This document shows positions 20,216 to 29,042 of a DNA stretch of 37,482 bases, piece after piece. Below the pieces are notes generated by a model that searched no databases, had not been told where the DNA came from, and saw nothing but the letters and a program-made list of their open reading frames with translations. Where the stretch lies: IMG/VR virus record IMGVR_UViG_2565956717_000009, positions 1 through 37,482 of that record. The stretch is one strand, 5' to 3'. Within the stretch, counting starts at the first letter, position 1; the number at the start of each line of letters is the position of its first letter. This DNA comes from a virus (lineage: Duplodnaviria; Heunggongvirae; Uroviricota; Caudoviricetes). Made by a program: the position numbers and the translations under genes.

Positions 20216-20437
20216 AAAATTACCTATGGAGTTGGGAATAAAAAAACCCCGCGAATGCGAGGCTAAATCCTGGTGTTTGTGATGACTGGCTCTTATCTCA
20301 ACGCAGCCCCTTACCGCGCGCCAGATGCTCAATATCAAGCATCAGCAATGAGATGTTTAATCTGGATTCACTCCAGAAGTGATCACCACCCTGTCTACAG
20401 AGCCAGATGTGAAGGATGATGAGTAAAATTATCGTTA

Positions 20438-20875
20438 TCATCGAAGGCATTGCGCCCTGATGTACTCCTGCAGGTAGTTAACCTGCGCGGTTATTCTGTC
20501 GATTCCACTTCGTAGACGGTAATAATTGAGTTCAGCATCTGCTGTAAGTCTTGGGCTTTCTCCATCGCCCATGCTGCTGGCTCCGGTCGTTGACTTTGCA
20601 CAGGTGGCAGCGACTTGCAGGCGCTTACGACCAGCAGAAATATCAGCACGGAGACTTTCGATAGTCGCGTTAGCATCAGCAAGCTCCTTTGTATATCTGG
20701 CATCGAGTTCTGCTACATCACGTTGACGCTTCTGCATATCAGCGATTGTGGATGTGGCCTTATCGCGCTGCTCTTTGTAGGTAATGGCGTTATCACGGTA
20801 ATGATTAACAGCCCATGACAGACAGACGATGATGCAGATAACCAGAGCGGAGATAATCGCGGTTAACCTGCTCAT
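20438..20875 (-). CDS. Rz: Rz i-spanin
   Basis: [34 protein letters not shown] matches recalled lambda Rz; ATGA overlap with endolysin stop. Confidence 0.85.
   Translation of the reverse strand: MSRLTAIISALVICIIVCLSWAVNHYRDNAITYKEQRDKATSTIADMQKRQRDVAELDARYTKELADANATIESLRADISAGRKRLQVAATCAKSTTGASSMGDGESPRLTADAELNYYRLRSGIDRITAQVNYLQEYIRAQCLR
20491..20676 (-). CDS. Rz1: Rz1 o-spanin lipoprotein, embedded in Rz in the +1 frame
   Basis: Signal peptide with lipobox (LVVSAC) followed by a Pro-rich segment, wholly inside Rz. Confidence 0.7.
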   Translation of the reverse strand: MLTRLSKVSVLIFLLVVSACKSLPPVQSQRPEPAAWAMEKAQDLQQMLNSIITVYEVESTE

Positions 20876-21375
20876 TGCTGCCCCCACAAACAGACTTCAC
20901 GCTCAATATCGCGACGGGTCATCAGCCCTTTCCATTGCTTACCGCCAGCGTATGTCCAGCGACGCAGCTGGTCACATGCGCCCTTGATATCGCCCTGGTT
21001 GATTTTGCGAAGAAGCGTCGATGTTCTGAAATTGCCAGCCCCCACGTTGTAGACGAACGAGTAAAGAGCGCCGCGCGTTGTTTCCGGTATATCGACTTTG
21101 ATGTACGGGTTAATTTGTCTGGCGACCGTGGCAAGGTCTTTGTTCAGGAGAGCTTTGCATTCTGCTTCGGTATACGTTTTACCGAGCATGATGTCTTTTC
21201 CGGTGTGTCCGTGACATACAGTCCATACACCAACAATATCTTTGTATGGTATGTAGCTGACACCTTCCAGACCATCGTTACCACTTGGTCCAGTGATTAA
21301 CACAGATGCTATAGCAATAGCCCCGCCACTTATCGCCGCTATTACGCTATTTCGTAGTGCCGGTGACATTGCCAT
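20872..21375 (-). CDS. SAR endolysin (T4-lysozyme-like, signal-anchor-release)
   Basis: N-terminal Gly/Ala-rich SAR helix ([20 protein letters not shown]) then lysozyme motif; very close to recalled phage 21 R. Confidence 0.9.
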   Translation of the reverse strand: MAMSPALRNSVIAAISGGAIAIASVLITGPSGNDGLEGVSYIPYKDIVGVWTVCHGHTGKDIMLGKTYTEAECKALLNKDLATVARQINPYIKVDIPETTRGALYSFVYNVGAGNFRTSTLLRKINQGDIKGACDQLRRWTYAGGKQWKGLMTRRDIEREVCLWGQQ

Positions 21376-21550
21376 TCAATCTGTCCTCGCGCTCTTTGCG
21401 CTTGTAGTACCAGTTGATGCCAAATGTGCCGACAGTACAAAGAATACCAATGATGACAGCCCAGTCATTCAGGGAGAGAATGCCACCCATCGCAGTCAGT
21501 CCTCCGAAGCTGTAACTGAACCATTCTCTGATTTTGTCCATACGGTACAT
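21347..21550 (-). CDS. Class II holin (pinholin-like) with dual-start motif
   Basis: 67 aa, two TMDs, MYRMDKI start (Met1/Met4 with Arg between), charged C-terminus; precedes SAR endolysin. Confidence 0.75.
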   Translation of the reverse strand: MYRMDKIREWFSYSFGGLTAMGGILSLNDWAVIIGILCTVGTFGINWYYKRKEREDRLNGNVTGTTK

Positions 21551-21556
21551 GCTCTA

Positions 21557-21572
21557 CCCCTTCATTGAGGGG
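21557..21572 (-). promoter_or_regulatory. sdi-like stem-loop over the holin translation initiation region
   Basis: cccct-tcattg-agggg hairpin immediately upstream of the holin start codons, in flanking sequence that matches the recalled lambda S-upstream leader. Confidence 0.35.
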
Positions 21573-21850
21573 ATTTGCTCTATTTAATTAGGAATAAGGT
21601 CGATTACTGATAGAACAAATCCAGGCTACTGTGTTTAGTAATCAGATTTGTTCGTGACCGATATGCACGGGCAAAACGGCAGGAGGTTGTTAGCGCAACC
21701 TCATGCCACCCGCTTTCACGAAGCCAGCCATTGCGCTGGTTTTCTTTTATGCAAAGCACACCGCACCGTAGCCACAGCGGATAAGGTGATTATTTTTGTC
21801 TGTCTGGTATTTGGTTTGATGTGCTTTCAGAAAGGCCGTGCTTAAAACGC

Positions 21851-21880
21851 AAAAAGCCCCGAGCTATTAACTCAGGGCTT
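21851..21880 (-). terminator. tR'-like terminator shortly downstream of pR'
   Basis: On the minus strand AAAGCCCTGAG-TTAATAG-CTCGGGGCT followed by TTTTT. Confidence 0.5.
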
Positions 21881-21914
21881 TATTTAACGAGTGCATTTAT
21901 CCATCGTTGAGTCA

Positions 21915-21943
21915 AATTTACCCAACTTTATTCAATAAGTCAA
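21915..21943 (-). promoter_or_regulatory. Late promoter pR' with Q-utilisation region (lambda-type)
   Basis: Minus strand reads TTGACT-17nt-TAAATT...GACTCAACGATGG, matching recalled lambda pR'/qut; directly downstream of Q. Confidence 0.7.
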
Positions 21944-21985
21944 TATTATGCCGTTAATATGTTGCCATCCGTGGCAATCATGCTG

Positions 21986-22609
21986 CTAACGTGTGACAGC
22001 ATTCAAAATGTTGTCTGCGATTGACTCTTCTTTGTGGCATTGCACCACCAGAGCGTCATACAGCGGCTTAACAGTGCGTGACCAGGTGGGTTGAGTAAGG
22101 TTTGGGATTAGCATCGTTACAGCGCGATATGCGGCGCTTGCTGGCATCCTTGAATAACCGACGCCTTTGCATCTTCCGCACTCTTTCTCAACAACTCTCC
22201 CCCACTGCTCCGTTTTGGCTATATCAACCGCACGGCCTGTACCGTGGCAATCTCTGCATCTTGCGCCCGGCGTCGCGGCACTACGGCAATAATCCGCATA
22301 AGCGAATGTTGCGAGCACTTGCAGTACCTTTGTCTTAGTATTTCCTTCAAGCTTTGCCACACCACGGTATTTCCCCGATACCTTGTGTGCAAATTGCATC
22401 AGATAGTTGATAGCCTTTTGTTTGTCGTTCTGGCTGAGTTCATGTTTACCACAGAATGCAGCCATTCCGAATCCGGCTTGTGATTGCGCCATCCCCATAG
22501 CAGCCATCACATCAGTACCGGAAAGAGAGTCAGAAGCCGTAGCCCGTGGTGAGTCGCTCATCATCGGGCTTTTTGGCGAATGAAATTTAGCTACACTTTC
22601 GAGTCTCAT
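21986..22609 (-). CDS. Q: Late antiterminator Q (lambda-type)
   Basis: 207 aa; MRLESVAKFHSPKSPMMSDSPRATASDSLSGTD... matches recalled lambda Q. Confidence 0.9.
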   Translation of the reverse strand: MRLESVAKFHSPKSPMMSDSPRATASDSLSGTDVMAAMGMAQSQAGFGMAAFCGKHELSQNDKQKAINYLMQFAHKVSGKYRGVAKLEGNTKTKVLQVLATFAYADYCRSAATPGARCRDCHGTGRAVDIAKTEQWGRVVEKECGRCKGVGYSRMPASAAYRAVTMLIPNLTQPTWSRTVKPLYDALVVQCHKEESIADNILNAVTR

Positions 22610-22794
22610 GGTCTACCCCTCTTGCCCTGTTTGACCATCAGGACGCCGTTAACTATTACGTGACGCTCACCTTTGCTGTCTCGGTTGTACTTGAGCACTG
22701 TTCCTCTTGCACAGGAAAGCATCCTCGCCACCTCGGTCTGATTGCCTCGTGTCTGGATAAGAAGCTCTGGTATCGTTTGAATTGTGGCGTTCAT
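22606..22794 (-). CDS. ninH: NinH-like protein
   Basis: 62 aa; ...GNQTEVARMLSCARGTVLKY... resembles lambda NinH; 4-nt overlaps with neighbours. Confidence 0.75.
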   Translation of the reverse strand: MNATIQTIPELLIQTRGNQTEVARMLSCARGTVLKYNRDSKGERHVIVNGVLMVKQGKRGRP

Positions 22795-23153
22795 GCGTTC
22801 TCCAGTTCGGTGATTTTTATTCCAAGCCGTCCGCCTGGTACTTTCACACCACGAATTACGCTAATGTCATCGAATTGCTCGTCGTCTTCCGCAAATCCGG
22901 CGTGGATAAGGGAATCGAGTAAACCTTTCAGGATGTTATCGAGGTCGCGGCGGCGGTAGTCTGGAACGTCTGCGATGACTTTGATGCGGAGTCGTGATTT
23001 GGTGAAAATATCTAACTTGAGTTGGTGGATGATTTGCTGAACGTCTTTTCGGTATTTCTGGCCTTTATGGCTGATGTAGTATTGGCTTCCCCGTCTTCGC
23101 CAGTAGGTATTCACCGACGGCGGGTATGGAAGCACAAACTGATATTCGTTCAT
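22791..23153 (-). CDS. rusA: RusA-family Holliday junction resolvase
   Basis: 120 aa; PPSVNTYWRR...DVPDYRRRDLDNILKGLLDSL...GGRLGIKITEL typical RusA. Confidence 0.85.
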   Translation of the reverse strand: MNEYQFVLPYPPSVNTYWRRRGSQYYISHKGQKYRKDVQQIIHQLKLDIFTKSRLRIKVIADVPDYRRRDLDNILKGLLDSLIHAGFAEDDEQFDDISVIRGVKVPGGRLGIKITELENA

Positions 23154-23440
23154 GACTTAATCTTCCCCTCCTTCAGCAGTATCGCCTGCGTCCTGATTAC
23201 GCCTTCGAGGTGGTAAAGTCTGGCGTCTTTGTTGTCGAGATTATGGGTGCGTCGGTCGATTTCATCGTGACACGCGCTACAAGCCCATGCGCCGATCAGG
23301 TCGTCAGGTTTCATTCCCGTTCCGCAAATTCCAGCCATCCGGTAATGTGCCAGAACTGTAGTTTCAGGATTACCATTGCATACGCCGTAAATACGTACCT
23401 GGCATTCTCTGCCGCGCGCTTCTTTGCGTAGGTTAGCCAT
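23150..23440 (-). CDS. YbcO-like (DUF1364) putative nuclease
   Basis: 96 aa, Cys-rich; position between Rha-like and RusA as in DLP12-type nin regions (recollection). Confidence 0.6.
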   Translation of the reverse strand: MANLRKEARGRECQVRIYGVCNGNPETTVLAHYRMAGICGTGMKPDDLIGAWACSACHDEIDRRTHNLDNKDARLYHLEGVIRTQAILLKEGKIKS

Positions 23441-24162
23441 TAAGCAGCCTCCCCTGTTACTTTCAGCATTCCGTTATCGAGCAGCTTTCTGGTCAGCCAC
23501 TGTTGACCACGCCCGGTGATTTTTGTGGTGAACGATATCTGTATTCCGTGATTTGTGTTGACCGCTGTTTCTTTCACTGTGAAATAGCCGCGATCCATAT
23601 ATTCCTGCATTGGCACATTTCGCCGGGAACCTGAAGCAATAAGGATTTTGTGATCGCGCATCCACGCAAACAGTTTGTTTGGACCAATTCCAACAACCTT
23701 TGCAAAGTTTCCAATCAAAATTCCGCTGGCCTCGCCAACGCGATCGGCAAACTCAACTTTAGGTGCGGCAATTGCGAGCTGGTTTTCCAGTTGCATTTTC
23801 TGCTCAGCAAGATCAGCAGCAAGGCGCAACGCTTCCGGTAGCGTTTTGGGGATATTAACCGCAGCTTCTTCAAGCTCTCGCCAGCGGTCAACAAGGCGAG
23901 CGGTGAATTCCGGCGACAACTGGGCAACAACAACAATACTATCTCGCTTACCTTGTTCGCCTTCGAAGACGTAATGCTCGTACTGAACATTGAACCCTAA
24001 GTTATTGATTCTTTCGGAAACCTCAATTTGAGGAAGCCGGATAACACCATTTTTAGCCAGCGTTTCGATGGTACGTTTCACATTGTCATGACGCTTACCC
24101 ACCAACTCAGCGATTTCAATGCTTGTCATTTTGATGGCATTGCCATTTATTAACTCATTCAT
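23440..24162 (-). CDS. Rha-family regulatory protein with antirepressor-like (KilAC) C-terminal domain
   Basis: N-terminal MTSIEIAELVGKRHDNVKRTIETL; C-terminal FADRVGEASGILIGNFAKVVGIGPNKLFAWMRDHKIL. Confidence 0.7.
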   Translation of the reverse strand: MNELINGNAIKMTSIEIAELVGKRHDNVKRTIETLAKNGVIRLPQIEVSERINNLGFNVQYEHYVFEGEQGKRDSIVVVAQLSPEFTARLVDRWRELEEAAVNIPKTLPEALRLAADLAEQKMQLENQLAIAAPKVEFADRVGEASGILIGNFAKVVGIGPNKLFAWMRDHKILIASGSRRNVPMQEYMDRGYFTVKETAVNTNHGIQISFTTKITGRGQQWLTRKLLDNGMLKVTGEAA

Positions 24163-24325
24163 CGTCTTCTTCCTCGTACATTGAGCTATTCGGATCGCTC
24201 ATCAGTTCTGCACAGCAGTGCTCACACACGTGAACTTCCAGCACATGCAGCTTCTGACCGCAATTAGCGCACGTTAAAGCCCGCTCGACGCTTTCTTGTT
24301 CGTAACTTCGATTTTGGTCAATCAC
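24155..24325 (-). CDS. ninF: NinF-like protein (GTG start)
   Basis: ...[39 protein letters not shown]... matches recalled lambda NinF; GTG with GAGGAA RBS overlaps NinE stop (GTGA). Confidence 0.7.
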   Translation of the reverse strand: MIDQNRSYEQESVERALTCANCGQKLHVLEVHVCEHCCAELMSDPNSSMYEEEDDE

Positions 24326-24504
24326 CTTGTTTTCCTCGCACGATGTCTTAGCCACCGGATATCCCACAGGTGAGCCGTGTAGTTGAAGGTTTTTACGTCA
24401 GATTCTTTTGGGATTGGCTTGCGGTTATTTCTGGAGCGTTTCGTTGGAAGGTATTTGCAGTTTTCGCAGATGATGTCGGTGATACTTCGTCGCTGTCGTC
24501 TCAT
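24322..24504 (-). CDS. ninE: NinE
   Basis: 60 aa; [26 protein letters not shown]... matches recalled lambda NinE. Confidence 0.85.
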   Translation of the reverse strand: MRRQRRSITDIICENCKYLPTKRSRNNRKPIPKESDVKTFNYTAHLWDIRWLRHRARKTR

Positions 24505-24911
24505 TCGTACCTCCTGTCGGTAAATCTGACACCCTTACCAATAGCCCATGCTGTCGTGTACTCAATCAGACTTGCCATACGCTTCACGCTCATCTGTGCG
24601 CTGCTCTCACGAATGTTGACGTATTCGCCTTCAAGCCCGGGCAAAACATCAGCTTCCTGCTTTGTCGCCACTGCATGACCGCTTATCAACAAAACCTTCC
24701 ATTGTTCTGGTTTTAACCATTTATCGCACCATTGAACCTGACGTGCGATATCCGCCAGCATCGCGTGAAATTTTGCGTTCTGGTCAAGGTTGCGCTTGTA
24801 GTCAGTAATGCGGATGGTGACTGGCTTGTCTTTATCGAGTGGTGTTGCGAGGATGGCATTTATTGCAGCTTGCTGTTGTTGCTTAGTTCGGAGGAAGATT
24901 GTTTGCTTCAT
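24501..24911 (-). CDS. ninB: NinB (Orf-family recombination mediator)
   Basis: 136 aa; ...[27 protein letters not shown]... resembles lambda NinB. Confidence 0.8.
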   Translation of the reverse strand: MKQTIFLRTKQQQQAAINAILATPLDKDKPVTIRITDYKRNLDQNAKFHAMLADIARQVQWCDKWLKPEQWKVLLISGHAVATKQEADVLPGLEGEYVNIRESSAQMSVKRMASLIEYTTAWAIGKGVRFTDRRYE

Positions 24912-25198
24912 CGAAAATTCTTCTCTTTAATTCCAGCGGCTCTGATAGCTTTCATTACTGCAATTACCGTTTTGTCACGCCCATCCTCATAACCCATCGC
25001 ATAAGCACCTTCTTCACCATCTTTCCAAAAGTCGTCATTCGATTCGGGCCAGTCGATATCCAGTTCAATAGCTGCTCGCGATGCCTGCCATGCCTCCCAT
25101 GCAATCTCGACCTTGATGTGCATAATCTTCATCACGTCACTTGAAACGTGATATTTGTTTTTAAACCATTCTTCAAACTGCTTTCTTGATTCGTCCAT
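24908..25198 (-). CDS. Hypothetical nin-region protein
   Basis: 96 aa, 4-nt overlap with NinB start; acidic/Trp-rich; family not recognised. Confidence 0.45.
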   Translation of the reverse strand: MDESRKQFEEWFKNKYHVSSDVMKIMHIKVEIAWEAWQASRAAIELDIDWPESNDDFWKDGEEGAYAMGYEDGRDKTVIAVMKAIRAAGIKEKNFR

Positions 25199-25215
25199 CG
25201 ATACTTACCCTCAGT

Positions 25216-25422
25216 TCAACTCACAAAACGCCACGCCATTTTTGCTACAGCGACAGGCGCAACACCGATAATCACCCACAGGAGAATGCTACCGAAAAGC
25301 ACACCCACCAGGTCTTTACCTTCGCCTACCAACCGGACAAAACAGCCAGCAACCACAATGAACGTCGCCACCATCCACAGAGCACCGAGAAGCCTCAATG
25401 CAGAGAAAATCAACTCAACCAC
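25216..25422 (-). CDS. Small membrane protein (two predicted TM helices), GTG start
   Basis: 68 aa, hydrophobic throughout; sits directly after the terminator hairpin. Confidence 0.4.
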   Translation of the reverse strand: MVELIFSALRLLGALWMVATFIVVAGCFVRLVGEGKDLVGVLFGSILLWVIIGVAPVAVAKMAWRFVS

Positions 25423-25440
25423 GATTTACTCTCCCCCAAA

Positions 25441-25468
25441 TAAAAAGGCCTGCGATTACCAGCAGGCC
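25441..25468 (-). terminator. tR2-like rho-independent terminator in the nin region
   Basis: Minus strand GGCCTGC-TGGTAATC-GCAGGCC followed by TTTTTAT. Confidence 0.45.
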
Positions 25469-25494
25469 TGTTACAAGCTCAGTGATGTAGATGG

Positions 25495-25764
25495 TCATTG
25501 CTTCATCTCCCTTTCCATTTCATCAATGTCAACGTCATCAGGAAGATGGGAGCAATACGCCTCTATACCATGATGATTTATCTCATACCCTTTGAACGTT
25601 ACCATCTGGCGCGTAATCTCAACTTCGTTCAGGAATCCGTCATCGCATAACTGCCTGGCTATTTTCGATTTGGTCTGGATTATTGGTAGTGCCTGTTCTT
25701 TCAAAGCGCATGATATTTGTGCATCCCATGCCTTTTCGAGAATGGCTAATTGTTTTTTATTCAT
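25495..25764 (-). CDS. Hypothetical protein downstream of helicase
   Basis: 89 aa, start overlaps helicase stop; not recognised. Confidence 0.45.
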   Translation of the reverse strand: MNKKQLAILEKAWDAQISCALKEQALPIIQTKSKIARQLCDDGFLNEVEITRQMVTFKGYEINHHGIEAYCSHLPDDVDIDEMEREMKQ

Positions 25765-27137
25765 ACGTCAGCCCCTTGTGCATATCGTCTGCCACGCGCA
25801 GCAGGTGCATTTGATGCTGTGCAAATCTGTCTGGCTTCATCCTGGTCACATGCAACAAAGTGTCCGTTGCAGAACCGCTGGTAAACCGTACCAAGTGAGC
25901 CAAAACGGTTTTTCGTCACAATGATTTCAGCAAATGGCGCGGCGCTACTGTTCTCGTCATATACCGCTTCCCGATAGAGCATGATGATTGAGTCTGCGTC
26001 CTGCTCAATGCTTCCTGAATCACGCAAATCTGCGTTTGTCGGGCGTTTGTTTGGTCGCTTCTCAACATCGCGTGAAAGCTGACTCAGGGAGATAACAGGC
26101 GTTTTCAGGTCTTTCGCCATCGCCTTCAGGCTTCCGGAGATGTGAGCAATTGCGAGGTCGTTGCGATCTGCTTTCGGCTTCTCAATCAGGCCAAGATAAT
26201 CCGCCATGATGAGTGACAGGTTTGGATTTTCCTGTTTGTGCCGTTCTGCGATTGAGCGTATTTCTTCGACCGATAACCGCGAGGCATCGACTACCCATAC
26301 ATCCAAATCTGCAAGCTGACTCATGCCGTTAGCAACGCGCGCCCAGCCTTCGTCATCCATCGATGCAGGATTTCGCAGCACGCTAACCGACATCCTCCCG
26401 GCGTTGGCAATGCTTCGCTCTGCAATCTGCAATGCGCTCATTTCCATCGAGAAAATCAATACTCCGCGCCGGACGTCAGAACCAGGAATAACGCGGCTTG
26501 CAACGCCTTCGGCAATCTTCAGCGCCAGTTCGGTTTTCCCCATACCAGGACGAGCGGCGATAATCACCAGGTCTTCCGCGTTCATCCCTCCGGTGATGGC
26601 GTCAAGTTCTTCGATTCCGGTCTTCAGGGTATCGGACTCTTCTCCGTTCCTCAGACGCCTGTCAAGCGTGTCAGTGTAGTCAGTGATGATTTCCCCTAAC
26701 CGTACAGGTTTAACCTCGTCACGGGGCTTTCTGATGGCTGAAAGACGCTTTACGAGCTCGTCCATCGCCTGACTCGATGTATCGATGGTTCCGCTCTGAA
26801 TTGGTTCACGCATTTCATCCATGATTTCCAGCACCAGACGGCGGTGATAGTTATCCGCGACCATTCCGGCATATCCCTTCAGGTTTGCGGCACTCGGGCA
26901 GTTTTTGCTGGTCATCAGGATTGACGTGAAATGCTCCTCTCCGCACGCCTCGGCAACCATCAGCGCGTCGATTAGGTTTCTGTTTCGCGCCTGCTTGCGG
27001 ATAACCTCGAAGGCTTTCCGGTAGAGCGGAATTGAAAACGCTTCCGGCTCCAGCGTTGCCAGAACGTCGCTGGCGGTTGGTGTTAATCCACCAATCAGCA
27101 GGCCACCGATAACGCTCGCTTCGATATCCTGTTTCAT
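25761..27137 (-). CDS. Replicative DNA helicase (DnaB-like, P22 gp12-type)
   Basis: 458 aa; Walker [18 protein letters not shown]; DnaB-like N-terminus; ATGA overlap with O-like gene. Confidence 0.9.
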   Translation of the reverse strand: MKQDIEASVIGGLLIGGLTPTASDVLATLEPEAFSIPLYRKAFEVIRKQARNRNLIDALMVAEACGEEHFTSILMTSKNCPSAANLKGYAGMVADNYHRRLVLEIMDEMREPIQSGTIDTSSQAMDELVKRLSAIRKPRDEVKPVRLGEIITDYTDTLDRRLRNGEESDTLKTGIEELDAITGGMNAEDLVIIAARPGMGKTELALKIAEGVASRVIPGSDVRRGVLIFSMEMSALQIAERSIANAGRMSVSVLRNPASMDDEGWARVANGMSQLADLDVWVVDASRLSVEEIRSIAERHKQENPNLSLIMADYLGLIEKPKADRNDLAIAHISGSLKAMAKDLKTPVISLSQLSRDVEKRPNKRPTNADLRDSGSIEQDADSIIMLYREAVYDENSSAAPFAEIIVTKNRFGSLGTVYQRFCNGHFVACDQDEARQICTASNAPAARGRRYAQGADV

Positions 27138-28081
27138 GCAATCCCCCTGTCTGCAAACTTCCCTTCCCGTACTCCCGTTAACGAGTCTTCCCTCAGCAGG
27201 TAATCAAAATCTGCCGTCCAGCCCGTGTCGTTGTCTCCGAAGTAAAACGGCTTGGCCTGATGCACAAACGCCCTGACATACGCTCTGAAACCGTCCACGT
27301 TTGGCGTTTTCAGTTGCGGGATGATTTTCTTCAGGCGGCGTTTGCGTTTCTCGTTGACCGCAACAGCGTGTGGCAGTCTGTCACCGACTTCGGTGTTGTA
27401 GGCGTTCAGGAAGGATTCGTAGTCGATTCGTTCTGCCTTGCGACGTTCAGGTTTAACCTGCCCATCGCCTCCCCCATTGGGGGGTAGGGGGGTATTATTT
27501 ATATTCTTGTTAATACCTTCTTGTTCATGATGTGCGGTTGTTTGTGCGGCATCATGTGCGCTTTCATGTGCGGCATGTACGCTGAAAGCCGCGCCATTAC
27601 TGGCTTCATCATGTGCGGCATCATGTGCGGTTGTTTGTGCGGCATCATGTGCGGGTGAATTGTCCATTTTTTGAGCGTATTCATGGTAATTTGTGATGGT
27701 GATCACACGACCTTTTTGCTTCTCTCCATCAATGGTGATCATCCCCTCTTTCACAAAAACCTGAAGCATCCGCTCAACCTGATCACGGCTTGCCGGCTTG
27801 CCATGCCTGTCGCATAACTGAAGACCTAAATCAGCTGCTGTCACAACCAGTTGACCGGGTTGCAGATGCCATTCATGACCTTTGAAATTCGCTTTGTATG
27901 GCTTTCTGGCGGCATTCAGGAGAAGGTTTTCCCACAGGGTGCGAAGATAAACATCTTTCGCCCATGACTGTTTCAGAATGCTCCGGTACAACGGAATGTA
28001 ACCAGTTTTCTGGTTCTCCATCCTGTTGCTCCTGCGCTCGTGTGCGGCGCTGAAATCGTAGATTTTTGCTGTATTGCTCAT
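27134..28081 (-). CDS. Replication initiator, lambda O / P22 gp18-like, with internal origin
   Basis: [13 protein letters not shown]... resembles lambda O N-terminus (MTNTAKILNF...); central low-complexity HDAA repeats encoded by DNA iterons. Confidence 0.8.
   Translation of the reverse strand: MSNTAKIYDFSAAHERRSNRMENQKTGYIPLYRSILKQSWAKDVYLRTLWENLLLNAARKPYKANFKGHEWHLQPGQLVVTAADLGLQLCDRHGKPASRDQVERMLQVFVKEGMITIDGEKQKGRVITITNYHEYAQKMDNSPAHDAAQTTAHDAAHDEASNGAAFSVHAAHESAHDAAQTTAHHEQEGINKNINNTPLPPNGGGDGQVKPERRKAERIDYESFLNAYNTEVGDRLPHAVAVNEKRKRRLKKIIPQLKTPNVDGFRAYVRAFVHQAKPFYFGDNDTGWTADFDYLLREDSLTGVREGKFADRGIA
27520..27660. repeat. Tandem direct repeats (candidate ori iterons) inside the O-like gene, next to an A+T-rich tract
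   Basis: Repeated atcatgtgcggc / ttgtttgtgcggc units; adjacent A+T-rich stretch 27489-27517 (tattatttatattcttgttaatacc), as in the lambda ori layout. Confidence 0.5.
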
Positions 28082-28083
28082 AA

Positions 28084-28356
28084 CTACCTGCCTTGACGAA
28101 AGACCTTAAGAACATCGTTAAACTGACTTACGGATATGTCTTCTTTGAGCAGCTTTTCCAGAAATGCGTTTGGAATGAACGTATATCCCTCCTCTTTTGG
28201 TAGAGACGGGAGCAACGCCCTCGCCTCAGCCTTCAGAAGCTCAGTTCTGGCAACTTTCACAAAAGAGATTTGAGTTCTTTCATCAATGGAACGAAGGAAG
28301 CGCAAACGCTTAACTTCTTTGTGTGTATCAGGTGGATTAAAGCCTTTGTTTCGCAT
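28084..28356 (-). CDS. Hypothetical protein inserted between cII/oop and the O-like gene
   Basis: 90 aa from ATG 28356 with GAGGT RBS at 7-nt spacing; ends 2 nt before the O-like start. Confidence 0.45.
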   Translation of the reverse strand: MRNKGFNPPDTHKEVKRLRFLRSIDERTQISFVKVARTELLKAEARALLPSLPKEEGYTFIPNAFLEKLLKEDISVSQFNDVLKVFRQGR

Positions 28357-28357
28357 A

Positions 28358-28437
28358 TAATTACCTCGCTGGATGTTGTTAAAATTCCATTTGTATTTGA
28401 TCAGAACGCTCGGTCTTGCACACCGGGCGTTTTTTAT
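28358..28437 (+). ncRNA. oop: OOP-like antisense RNA overlapping the cII 3' end
   Basis: Plus strand gatcagaacgctcggtcttgcacaccgggcgttttttattggtgag matches recalled lambda oop 3' end/terminator; 5' end not mapped. Confidence 0.5.
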
Positions 28438-28678
28438 TGGTGAGTCCATCAAGCGCATACTTAAAAGCCCTGCTAATCGGACTGATGTCTGATGCCATTC
28501 CGAAAGCACACAAGACCGAAGCAATAAATCTCCAGTCCGTTCTGCTTATCTTCGATTCATGACAGCCAATCATCTTTGCCAGACCGCGCTTGGTAAGCGT
28601 TGACAGGTTGATGAGTAAATCAGTTTCAGCGCGATCAATTTCTCGCTGTGTTGGCTTGCTGTAACTTGCTTGTGTCAT
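28379..28678 (-). CDS. cII: CII-like transcriptional activator
   Basis: 99 aa; C-terminus ...TNKKRPVCKTERSDQIQMEF matches recalled lambda CII tail; N-terminal region diverges. Confidence 0.75.
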   Translation of the reverse strand: MTQASYSKPTQREIDRAETDLLINLSTLTKRGLAKMIGCHESKISRTDWRFIASVLCAFGMASDISPISRAFKYALDGLTNKKRPVCKTERSDQIQMEF

Positions 28679-28762
28679 TTGTTAATTTTCCAATAGTGAA
28701 TAGTTAGTTGAAAGGTATGCGTGGAAACGCATATGTCCTTAGTTGGTCAGATATCTTGGGAC

Positions 28763-28777
28763 TCGCTTTGTCAGCGA
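28763..28777 (-). promoter_or_regulatory. nutR boxB-like hairpin (P22 type)
   Basis: Minus strand UCGCUGACAAAGCGA, same GACAA loop as nutL boxB; between cro and cII. Confidence 0.4.
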
Positions 28778-28815
28778 CGTAGGACGAATGTCCATTGTGA
28801 AAATAGCGGTGTTAC

Positions 28816-29025
<210 letters not shown>

Positions 29026-29042
29026 TTAGTACATGCAACCAT

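Noticed and set aside
21648-21845. 65-aa plus-strand ORF (and 21293..21568) in the pR'-to-holin leader
   Set aside because: This region matches the lambda late leader on the minus strand; the plus-strand ORF has no start signals.
25417-25497. 27-aa hydrophobic micropeptide reading of the nin-region hairpin
   Set aside because: The same sequence forms a strong hairpin + T-run terminator; retained only as an alternative in a finding.
27520-27660. Tandem repeats considered as a possible CRISPR array
   Set aside because: Units are about 12-13 bp with no spacers of unique sequence, lie inside a coding region and fit replication-origin iterons; no cas genes in the window.
27499-27684. His/Met-rich repeat ORF ([24 protein letters not shown]...) on the minus strand
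   Set aside because: Alternative-frame product of the iteron repeats inside the O-like gene, not an independent gene.
27873-28115. 80-aa minus-strand ORF overlapping the O-like N-terminus
   Set aside because: Different frame within the O-like gene and the upstream small gene; no independent support.
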